Source: Lama guanicoe
Taxonomy: Eukaryota
Reading direction: 5' to 3'
Assembly: GCA_013239625.1 (NCBI GenBank)
Contig: MU054220.1
Location: 1,479,509 to 1,543,508 of the forward strand
Length of the DNA: 64,000 bases
Of this stretch, positions 47,401 to 59,400 are shown in pieces; within the stretch, counting starts at the first letter, position 1, and the number at the start of each line of letters is the position of its first letter. A model generated the notes under the pieces. That model ran no database searches. It was not told where the DNA came from and saw only the letters and a program-made list of their open reading frames with translations. The translations under genes and the position numbers were made by a program.

Positions 47401-50400
47401 GTTTGAAGGAGCAGGCTTTTCTGTTGTAATAAGACCTGTTTTTTAATTGGGGGAAACAGCATTTTCCCCTGTGTTTTTTGAAGGGGGTGTGGAATGACAG
47501 AGAGATTCTTCTGTTTTCTCTATTACAGAGACACCTACGCGTATGAACTCACCTTGCGAACTGACCTCTACACAAGAAAGCACACGCAGTGGTTTTATTT
47601 CCAAGTTCAGAACACCAGAAAGGATGCCACCTACCGTTTCACCATCGTCAACTTGCTAAAGCCCAAGAGCCTTTACACTGTCGGGATGAAGCCGCTCATG
47701 TATTCCCAATTGGATGCCAAGACCCACAGCATCGGCTGGAGGAGGGAAGGAGATGAAATCAAGTACTACAGGAACAACACGGGTGATGGGCAGCAGCCCT
47801 TGTACTGTCTCACGTGGACCATTCAGTTTCCACATGACCAGGACACCTGCTTCTTTGCACACTTCTACCCTTATACGTACACCGACTTGCAGTGCTACCT
47901 ACTGTCGGTGACAAACAACCCTGTCCAGTCTCAGTTCTGCAAACTCCGAACTTTATGCCGGAGCCTAGCAGGAAACACCGTCTACCTGCTCACCATCACC
48001 AACCCAGCCCGCACCCCTCAAGAGGCAGCTGCGAAGAAAGCTGTGGTCTTGAGTGCCAGAGTGCACCCCGGGGAAAGTAACGGCTCCTGGATCATGAAGG
48101 GCTTTTTGGACTTCATCCTGAGCAACTCCCCAGACGCCCAGCTCCTCAGAGATATCTTCATCTTCAAAGTGGTTCCCATGTTAAATCCAGACGGGGTGAT
48201 CGTGGGGAATTACCGGTGTTCGCTGGCCGGAAGGGACTTGAACAGGCATTATAAAACCACTCTGAAGGAGTCTTTCCCCTGCGTCTGGCACACCAGGAAC
48301 ATGATCAAGAGGTGAGAGCTCTACCTGCTGCTCTTTCTCTGGATGCTGTGAGCACTGTCTGATGGTGTGAGGTCTCCTCTGATGTTGGAGGACTGCGGTG
48401 TGGCTTTGGAGATAGTCTTCGCTATTCTCTTTGCAGCCACATGGGTTTGTTCATTTTCAAACTTTGAAATCATGTCTTATCATTCAGTTGAAACTGAGTG
48501 TGCAGCATTTCAGCTAGAGGCATTTCACTTATAAGTGAAGCGACTGAGTGGAAAAGGTCAGAAGTCAAGGAGTTCATAGGCCTTCTTGATGAAACATGCA
48601 TCATAATAATAATAATGGTGCCTAATAATTAGACACTGCTTAGGTATGACAGGCAGTATTCTCAGTGCCTTACCCAAGTGACCCATTTAATCGTCACATG
48701 CAACCAGAGAACCAGCTGTATGACCCTGGGCTCAGGAAGGTTAAATAACTTGCCCAGGGTCATACAGCTGGTTCTCTGGTTGCAGAGTATGAGTTCCTTA
48801 TTGCCATCTTATATTGCCTCTCATAAAGAAAGAATACTAAATCAGTCCACATTTTCCAAGCCTTTGTAAAAACAGTTGAAGCCTATGATGTAATAGCACC
48901 CACCTTAAAGGAGCTTCCATTTCATTGGAAATGAAACTGCCACACATAAGAACATGTGGCCAAACACTTTCTCCCCACATCTGTGTGAAAGGCTGGGAGT
49001 GGTGTTGGGTTGGTAGGCAGAATGGCTAAGAGCTTGTACCTGGGGGTCAGACAGGCCTGGGTCTGAGACCTGGTTTCACTACTGGTTGGTTCTGTGACCA
49101 CTTCAGTGATTTAACCTCCCTGTGCTTCAGATTCCTTGCCTGTAGTATGGGGATAGTAATGCCTGCCTTAGGTGCTTACCATGAGGCTTCAATGAGATAA
49201 TCCATGTAGTCTGTTTAGTGCAGTACCCTGCGCATCGTAAACGTGTGACATTGCTGTTATCCTCTTCTTCATCATCAACATAAAGAAGGTGACCGTGCTT
49301 GGAAGATTAAATGGATGTCCTGGTGATCAGGAGACAAAGAAGTGCTGAGTCTCAGAGGAGCTAGCCCTGGAATGTCAGAAACCAAGGCCTTCTTTGGTTC
49401 TTTTCCCTCCCTGCAATAACAGCCTCTCTCCTCCTCTTTCCACAGGTCTGCACTAGAGTGAGCTTTCTTTAAACAGGTTTTCTCCACTTTCTTCTCAGTT
49501 TACACAAGGCCTTCCCATCACCCATTTCAAGTCCCTCTCACCAACTCGGACAAGGAGAACCAGTGTCATGTTTCCAGCAGAGGCTGAGGTTGGGGACAGG
49601 GTCCTTTGGGGGCCATTAGGAGTTAAAATTTTCTTAGAAGGCAAAGTAACAACAGACATACTTAAGGAAGAAACTGCAAAGGACCCTTGATTATTCTCAT
49701 GCATCTGTATGTCCATTGAATCCTTTGCCCTCTCAATAGACTGCTCTTTTTTTTTTCCCCAATAGACTTCTTGAAGAAAGGGAGGTTCTCTTGTATTGTG
49801 ATTTCCATGGCCACAGCCGTAAGAATAACATCTTCCTGTATGGCTGCAATAACAGCGATCGCAAATTCTGGCTTCATGAGCGAGTCTTTCCTTTAATGTT
49901 AAGCAGAAATGCACCAGATAAGGTAAGCAAGTAAGGTAACTGTCTGTCCATTGACAGAAGGGAGAAGGATAACTCACTGCTTCCTCTAGGCCGTGTTTGA
50001 TTTGCTGCTTTGTATCTCTTCATTATCTGGGTAAATCCCAGCAACCTGGACTTCAAAAATTTAGAAAGGTGTGGCTTTAAGGATTACTATGTATCCATCG
50101 ACCGACAAAAAGATAAATAAAATGTAGTATATCTATACAATGGAATGTTATTTAGCAATAAAAATAATTAAGTACTGATATGCTAGGACATGGATGACCC
50201 TTGAAAACATTATGCTAAGTGGAAGAAGCCAGACACAAAAGGCCACATATTATCTGATTCCATTCTATGAAATGTTCAGAAGAGGCACAACTATATAGAC
50301 AGAAGGTAGTTGATTGATTTCCTGGAGCTGGTCCAGGGAGGGTGGTGTGAGGAGTGACTGCTAATGGGGACTGGGTTTCTTTTGGGGAAAATGAAAATGT

Positions 50401-53400
50401 TCTAAACTTAGGCTGTGGTGATGGTTGCACAAACCTGTGAATATATTTAAACCATTGAATTATGTGCTTTAAATGTGTCGGTTTTATGGTATGTGAGTTA
50501 TATCTCAATAAGGATGATTTTTTTTCAATTGCTCTGGCTGCTTTGCTGGGCACAAGTTCGAAGTCTTAATAGATGGAGTTCTCTGTCATTGTTCATCCTG
50601 TCATTGTCAGTGGAAGAAGGGACTGAAGGACAAACAAAATGCTAGTGTTATATGAGCCGCCACAGAAAAGTTCAGGTAATACAAGGTCACGCAGAACTGT
50701 AAGATATGAAAGGGCTAATGAAAACAGCTTGACAGTCTTTAACAGTCGGCTGAGTAACAGCTCTGTGACAGCTGTGTGGGCACTGGTTTAGAAGCTGGCT
50801 TTCAACATCATGAACAGATATGCAAAATGTAACTGTCATTAGAAAGAAGAAGTTAGGTTGGATTTAGAAAAGTAGTGAAATGATAGTGCATATTTTCTCA
50901 CATAAGGACATATAGGACAAATATTTTGTATCTGCTACTTTTGTATGTAAGAAAAAGAAAAAGAAAAAGAAAAAGGAAGCTTTTCTTCATTCTCCCTCTC
51001 TCCCATCTTTCTTTTTCTTTTCCTTTTTTAGTATTCCTATTTTTTTCCAGGGATCTCTTTTTTTTTTTTTCATATAATCACATCCAGAACCCAGTATCTA
51101 AAACAAAGAAAAGCAGATCTGCACTAATGGAAGTACGTGGAGGGCGTGGAAGCCCGCCTGTCCTGCCTCCTCCTGGTGCCTGCGGCAGGAACTCCCCAGA
51201 GCTCCTCAGGAGAACCCCTGGATTTCAGAGAGCACGATTTAGAAATCCCTCGGAGTGAGATGCCTTCCAAATGTCAAACGTTCTCAACAGGATAAGTTAG
51301 GCTGGGATAGGTGCCAAGTATATGTTACCAACTCCAAGGGAGGAAGGAGTTGGGGTGGTCATGAAAGACAGTGGAGGATACTGAACTCCAAGCCAGGAAG
51401 AATGTCAGTGTGAGGGAGCGGGAGAGTTCTAGGCAGAACTATAGGGCTGGGACATACTCCAGTCACAGATAGAGGATAAACCCAATTGGATCCAAGGGTT
51501 TGGGTTGGGGCAAGGTAGAAAATAAGTGTTAGAAAGGCTGGCTAGTGCCTTGAATGCTAAAGTAAGCTAACATTAGCTATCTTGATTGTGGTAGTGGTTT
51601 CATTGGTGTATATGTCTATCAAAATTCATCAAATTGTACATCTGAAATTGTATGTGTGTAGTTAATGTACAGGAACCATACCATGATAAAGGTGTTAAAA
51701 AAATAGAAAATGAAAAAAATTACATAAAATAAGCCAACATTCCCAAGCAGGCGTTCAAGGAAGTCCTGCAAAGTGTAAGCTGGGGAAGAGAAGGAAGGGT
51801 TCATGGCAGTGAACATCAGAATGTAGAATGTAGTCCCTCCCCTTTGGAGGGTCACAGTCCACAATTACATGGTAAGTGCTCTGAGAGGTCCTGCAGAGGA
51901 AGCCTGTTTAGTTTGTTAAACCTTCATCCCCCTAACCACTGTGACTACAGAACTCAGTTTTTCCTCTGTAATATCTATTAGCATCACTTAGAATTAGTAT
52001 TTTCTGGACCATACATTAGGAAATAATATATAGACCCGAAGGAAACCATTTTTGTATCATATTAATGAATCTTAGACATTTTACATTTGCCAGTTTATGA
52101 TTAACAGAGGATTTGGATTTTTCTTTAGTTCTCTTTTCATAGTTGTAATTTTAAGGTGCAAAAGTGCAAAGAAGGAACAGGACGTGTTGTGATGTGGCGG
52201 ATGGGAATCCTAAACAGCTATACCATGGAGTCTACCTTTGGCGGATCCACCCTGGGTGAGCTCTCTTCGGTATATCATAGGCCTGCATGGCAAAAGGGGA
52301 AACCAAGCAAAGCACTGGGGAGATGAAATCCCTTTGAATGTTGGGGAGATAACTGACCTAGAGGATTTTCTTGTCTGTGCCTTAATGTTAAATTTGAGAA
52401 CCCAAAATATGAGTGCGAAATATAGTTGATAAGATAGTACAGTATAGTGGCTGCTCAGGACCTGGAATCAGGCAGATCTGGGTTTGAACTTCCTTTAACT
52501 GGCAATGATAATAGTGCCTGCATTACAGGTCTGACTCAATGAGGCAGTGCATGTAAAGCACTTGGCAAAGTGCCTGCCACAAAGGAAAACCTCAGTAGTT
52601 GTAGCCATCATGACTGCACACTTGTTCATTGTCAGAGATTCTTCTGAAACAAACTAAAACTAGGAGACCCAGTCAAGGAGCATAATATTTTAGAATCAGA
52701 GGTGGTGTTTTTAATGAGATATTCATAGATTAGATTTGCATTTGCTCATTAAGATTTAATGAGAAGTGTTATGGATTTTTTCCCCAGGCAATAAAAGAGA
52801 CACTCACTTCACCACTGAGGATCTAAAATCCCTAGGTTATCATGTCTGTGACACCCTTCTGGATTTCTGTGATCCTGACCGAACCAAGGTAAAAATGGAG
52901 TGTCAAGAAATCTGGTGATGTTACTGTGATCAGTTTCACATGGGTCCGAAGTAAGCCCAGTGGGACTCTAGGTGATCTTTATTTTCCTCTTAATATTTTT
53001 CTGAAGTTTTTAAATCAAAGACAATTTGCTGCAAACTCTCAGCAAATGGCGGGTGAGACCTCACACTCCCCGAGGAGAGAGGCCGTCCCGCCAGCTTCCT
53101 CTCAGCACACGTCGCCCTCACTTCCAGGCTTACCCCGGAGCACCAATTCTTGCTTCCCTTTCTCCTGTTTTAGAAAATCAGGTGTCCTTTCTCTTCTCCA
53201 AAACTACCCCTGCCCTTGGTGCACTTGCCAGCCTCCCCTATGACCTCCCTGAGGTCCTGCCTCATTAATTACCTGCTCTGTTTTCTGTGACCACAGTTTT
53301 TTCCTTTCCTTCTTCTGCTCAACTGTAGATGCTCTCAAGCTGCCCCCATCGTAAAGTCACAGAGGCCTCCTTTGGCCTCATTTTTCCAGGAGATTATTTG

Positions 53401-56400
53401 TTTCCCTTCATCACTCAGCTTCTCAAAAAGGAGTCTGTTCTGATGGTCTCTAACTCACCTCTTATACCCCCTGTGAAACATCAGCCCTGGGAGCACGTGA
53501 TATGTACCACTCTGGATGCAGTTATTTAATAAAAAATACTTAAGAGAATTTGACCACACATGGGGCCTGCATATTTGTCATAGACCCAAATCTCAACAAC
53601 CCCATTCTAACTTTTCCTTCCTTGCTATTCAAAAATAAAATAAACCTGACCTTTGCAAGAAGTTTACAATTGGCTGTAGTCAGGAAAAATGGCTAAAGCA
53701 ATGTTCATTGATTTTCTGCCCTAAAAACACTTCTGTCTGTTCCTACAGCTCCTGTAACTTGCTGTTAACATGGCCTTAGGGGCCAAGGTTACAGCTTACT
53801 CATCTTTATGTCCTCAGCATATACTTAATAAACACCTGATTAATAAATAAAGAAATAATCAAAAATAGTTCTTTTTTTCACTTCCGCAGTTCATGCAGTG
53901 TCTAGCAGAGCTTAAGGCGCTCTTACAACAGGAAATCCATAAGAAATTCAAAGATACGGATTTAGAAGGAAGTTGGAGTGACATCTCTTTGTCTGACATT
54001 GAATCCAGGTAACAAAATTCATTTCAAAGGAAAAACAGGTTCTAACTTTTTTTTTAATTACTGTTTTGCTTGCTCTCTTGTTTTGTTAGTTCTGCATCTC
54101 AGGTACAAAATATTGAGTAAATCATGGCAACTTAGTACACTTCATTCCTTCAACGACTATGGATCAAGTGCCTGTTCTCTGACAGCTTTTTTTCTAGAAG
54201 CTGGAAAGGGTTAGGGAGATGCACAGGCAGGTAATGTATTGCTTTTAGGCGATTGTGAAGCCTTTGTCTTTTACTCCAAGGGAGATGCAAAGACTTTAGG
54301 GGGTTTTAAGTAGAGAAATATCATGACCTGACTTAGGTTTTAGTTTCAGTAGGAATACTGAGGCTGCCATGTGGAAAATAGATTGTAAAGAGGAAAGTCT
54401 AAGCAGGGACACTCATTAGAAGGCTGTTGTAATACTATGGGAGAAAGGTGATGGTGGCTTAGACTCAAGCAGTAGTGCTTGAGGTATGGGAATTGGTTGG
54501 ATTCTAGATATATTTTGAAGTTTCAAACATTAAGATTTGCTTATGGATTGGATGTGGGACATGAGAGAAAAAGAGAATGACTCCATAATCAGTTGGATGG
54601 AGTTGCCTTTAACTGAGATGGTGAAGATAAAGAGGGTGGAGAAGGTTGGGGAGTGGTGAAGATAGGAATCTCACGTTGGGCGTGTTCAGTTTGAAGTGTC
54701 TATTAGATGTCTAAATGGAGATGCTGAATAGGCAGTTGGCTATATGAGTCTGGAGTTCAGTGGAGAGAGGTCTAGTGGAGAGAGTCGTCACAGGATAGAT
54801 GATATTTAAACCTTAAGAGTGGCTGAGATCCCAAGAGAATAAGTGTAGGCAGAGTAAAGAAGTGATCTAAGTCTGAACTGGGTACCATAGCTGTAAGAGG
54901 TTAAAGAGACAGAGAGGAGCCAGCAAATGAATCTAAGAAGGAACCATCAGGACCAAAAGAAAACCAGGAGAGTGATTATTTTAAAATAAATCAGATCATG
55001 TCATCCCTCTGTTTAAAACATCTTAGCATCTCCCCTGTTTCACTCAGATTAAAAGTCAAAGACCCTACAATGGCCTACAAGACTACAGGATCTAGCCACT
55101 TGATACCTCTATGACCGCCCTCACCCTCTCACACACTGCTACAGCTACACTGGCCTCCTCACGCTTCCTCACACTTTCCAGGTCCTCTCCTACCTCAGGG
55201 CCTTTGCACTGGCAGGTCCAACTGTTCTTCTCCCAGATATTCACATGGCTGATACCCTCACCTCCTTCAAGTCTTTGCTTAATCATCAGCTTTTTCAATA
55301 TGGCCTACTCCTCATTACTCTAATACTGCAACTTGCTCCCCTGCCTTTGCCCTCCTGCCAGTCCTCATCCCCTTTACATGCTCTGCTTTTTTCCATAGAC
55401 ACACCTTCTGTTGTGTCTATTATTTATTGTCTGTCTCCCCTACAAGGTCAGGGATTTTGTTCATCTCAGTCACTTAGAAGAGTACCTGGCATATAGGGAG
55501 AGCTCAGTAAATACTTGCTGAATTCATTTAGTGTGTAGGGTCCCAGCCCACTCTCGCAGTCTCCACAGCTATTTTAGGACACCCCTAGGAGGGGGAGTAT
55601 TTTATAGGCGTGCCAGAACACCTTCTACTCCAGCTTACTGGCCCGGGTGCCTCAAGCCTGCCCCACTGTCCTCAGTCAGAAGCGGGGGCCCTAATGTGGT
55701 TCTGCTGGCTAAGTCTCCCAAATGTCTCTTTAGGAACCTTAAACCAGACCGTCAGGCCAGGTAGGGTGCCCCATTCACCTTGTCGCCTCTTCCACTCTCC
55801 CAGAAGCCTTTGCCTAACTCATTAGGACCACCACACCAACCCGTCTTTGCTTTCAGCCTCAAAAACAAAATGCTCCCTGCATATCCGCTCATACCCATAG
55901 GGCCCAGGGACAACCAACTCAGAAACAGCCTAACTGCACTCTAAGTGGCTCAGCGGGGATGCTCAGATGCATCTAGTTAAGAATTATTGAAACCAATTCG
56001 CCAGCCTCTGCATCAGGAAGCTGGCTACCATGGGCCTCCACGGGGCTCCACCTGTCCCTTCTCACAGTCACACGGGAGATCAGAGTGTGTGTGCGCCAGC
56101 CCAGCTTGGGTTTGCTGTATGTGTGTGCACATACGTGGTTTTCAACATTTTCTGGAGCATACTGCATCTGATGCTTTTATCCCATTTATTGAAGTTTTCT
56201 GTTGTCTCCAACAGGGACTGCAGAGGCTGTTATCCAGTGGCTTCAAAGGCTACTCAGACTGGAAAAGCCTTGTGAGAACAGGGAATTGGGAATTAGATCA
56301 GAGACAAGAGGGCTTTCTTCCCGTTGTCTTGCTGTGGGGCTCCATATTGTGCCCTGATGGGGGTGGGGGAGCATGAACAGAATGAAAGGGCTGAGCAGAA

Positions 56401-59400
56401 GAACAGTTTGAAATGCTGTCTTTTCCCAGGAGATTTGAGTTTTGTGCCTAAGACACATTTTTATATATGGAGGACATGTCATAGGGCAGAGCTTTCAGTT
56501 CTAGCCAACCACACCCCGGGAAAGGGGAAAATACGATGTGACACATAAGCAAAGGACACGACGCAGGAAGAAATGACAGATTATCTGAGTCCTCACTCGT
56601 CCTCATCTTTGAAGAGAGGGGGAGGGGACAGTTTGTGGAGGAGACTTTAGATCCTTCTGGACATGCACGCAAATCTTCTGAAGGGGGAATTGAGGTGATA
56701 AAAGTAATACTCCTAATCTGTGACCTACAGATTCTTTGTTATTAAATATATGTATTTGTATATTCAACACATTTTTAAAGAGTCTCTGGGAGGATCCTTG
56801 CTCTCTGAACTGGTACCAGTCAGACAGGAATGAACGAGGCAAAGCCACTGCTTTCAGACAAGTCTCAGCCCCCTGGTATCCTCTAGGGCTGCTCCTTAAG
56901 CCTCTTCCAGCCTCTCACAGTCACTGCCAGGGGCAGCTTTGCCCATCTAGCCGGTGTTTCTTTTGCCACTTGGTTCACCTCTGTTTCCTGTGCCTGGTGC
57001 ACTGCCTGGCATGAGGGAGGTGTTTAGAATGAATGAATGAATGAATATGCTTGGCCGGAATTCTTAGTAATTGAAACACAGACAGTGTAGGCAGGTAACA
57101 GACTAGGTCCCCTAATCCCATGCAGCTGGTCTGGTAAATGTTTACATCCTAGACGTGGTAACAGGTATCTCCCTTTTTCCTTTCCTATTGGAAACAGCAC
57201 CAGTGGTTCTGACAGCTCCCTCTCAGACGGCCTCCCTGTTCACCTACTGAACATAGCAAATGAGGTGAGATTCTACAGACTCTTATGTCCAGGAAGTAGC
57301 AGCCTTTAAAAAAAAACAGGACACTACTGGATAATTTGGTGGAATTTTCAACTTTCCTGGGATCTGCAAAAAGTATGGCAAGAGCACCCTAACTGGTTAC
57401 CCTGCCCTGGAGTCTTTCATTTTGTCTTTATGACTTTATTTTTTTAATTTAGGGAGAAAAACTTATGAGAACTCCGTATTTATTCCAAAGTTAACTAAAA
57501 GTGAGGGGAGGAGTTTAACTAAAAGTGAAAACCATATTAAGAGATAGAGGTTGTTAAAAATGAGCCATACTTTTTTTAAAAAAATGTTTCTTTGTTCATG
57601 TGGACTTAGGTAGTTTTTTAGACTTCCACATATTAAGTAATTTTTTTGCCCCAACCTGTCAGACATTTTCTTACATAGATGATATAGAGCTTTAGAAATA
57701 GAAAAAAACCTGTTATGGTTCATACCTGATTTCCTAGTTGCCATCTGTGGGTGAGATTAGGCTGTGCCGGGAGGAGCCAGCCACGCCAGCCAGACTTGAC
57801 CCTACGAGTTCTTCAGCTGGATTTGCAGCCGCGTCAGTATAAGCTTCACCACACCCTAAGCGCCTGGAAAACTAGTCCTGGGCTGCATTTGCTTAATTAT
57901 TAAAGTCACCTTGTGGTAACAATCTACCACTATCTTTTAACTACATACCTAATAATCAGTAGTGTGTGTCCCTGGTAACACTGCCATAAGTAATCTGGCT
58001 TCATGTTTTATATCACAGATAATTTGGTTATTGGTACAGGTACCCCTTTGGCAGTGTATCTATAACAGTGGGATTTGGGGGTGTTTAGTGGAGAGGGGCC
58101 TATGGTAAGGAGGTAACTGAACTGTTGGTTTGTTCTCCAAACCAACAACAGTTCAGCACCCTGAGGGCCAGCCTGCTGGGTTAGCCATTGTGTCTTGAGT
58201 GTTGTGTGGAAAGGGTGCTACACGTGGGTGGGCGGACCTCTGGATTCCTCAGTGACTAATTTCTCTGTACTCTCTGAAATAGTTGAATCAGAAGAAGAAG
58301 AAGATGTATAAGAAGAAAAAACGGAAGCCACTTCAGTCTAGGAAACAGCGAAATATACAGTATCAGAAAAATAAGTTGATGCAGGAGTCAGAGTTAACAG
58401 AAGAGGCCCCAGTAAGAGCGCTCTGCTGCCTACTTCTGCCGTCCGGTTAAAGGGTCTTCCACAGAGGGAGCAGGACAGAGGGCTAAGGTTTGCCCTAAAC
58501 CAGAAAAGGAATGGGAAATGGGACAGGGGAGCTTTCTATTTGGATTTCAGAGCTCTCCCCAGGGTCCTCTGGACATCCCTGAGCAGATATCTGCTTGGCC
58601 CACTAATCCTCCACTACACTCTGGTATAGCAAGTCTGGGATTTGACCAAGTCTAGATTTCCAGAGCAAAGAGGTGGAACTGGAAATGTGGTGGCTGGAAC
58701 TAGTCCAGAGTTGCTGGGTCACTGAGGGATCAGGCCCAGTCCTGGGCCAGGCTGAGGACACTCAGATACGTCCTTCCCAGCTGCCATGCCCACGCCGTAC
58801 CCCTGCTTTCTAACGACGAAAGTGCTTTCAGAGGTGGTACTTTTACTTCTGGGTGAATCAGGTCAAAATGAGCAGATTAAGTGCGCTAGATCAGTTGAAA
58901 AACATTCTCTTTGCAATCCTTCTAGGGAATGGCAGGGTTTGCATCTACTCTGCAAAAGCAGCCTGCTTTTTTGAAAAATTCAAAGAATACCAGTTCTTCA
59001 ACGATGAAAAATGAAAAACCAAGGTTGAGTGAGGTAGTATTTTTGCTTGACTCTTTTTTTAACTTACTCATGGAAATTTATTAAAACTTTTTGGGATAAT
59101 ATAAAGTATACAACATGATGATTTGATATACTTACACACTGAGAAAAGATTGTCACCATTTAGTTAGTTAACACATCCATCACCTCAAATAAATATTTAC
59201 CTTTTTTGTTTTTTGGTAAGAACTCTTAAGTTCTACTCTATTAGCAAATTTAAATTGTACAACACAGTACTATCAGCTATAGTCACCATGCTATACATTA
59301 GATGTTCACACCTTAATCATCTTGTAACTGAAAGTTTATACCCTTTTCCCACCACTCACCCATTTCCCCCAACCCCAGCCAAGCTCCTGGCAGCCACCAT

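Noticed and set aside
52790..52795. AATAAA inside an AGBL2 exon
   Set aside because: Encodes Asn-Lys; no downstream GU/U element evident
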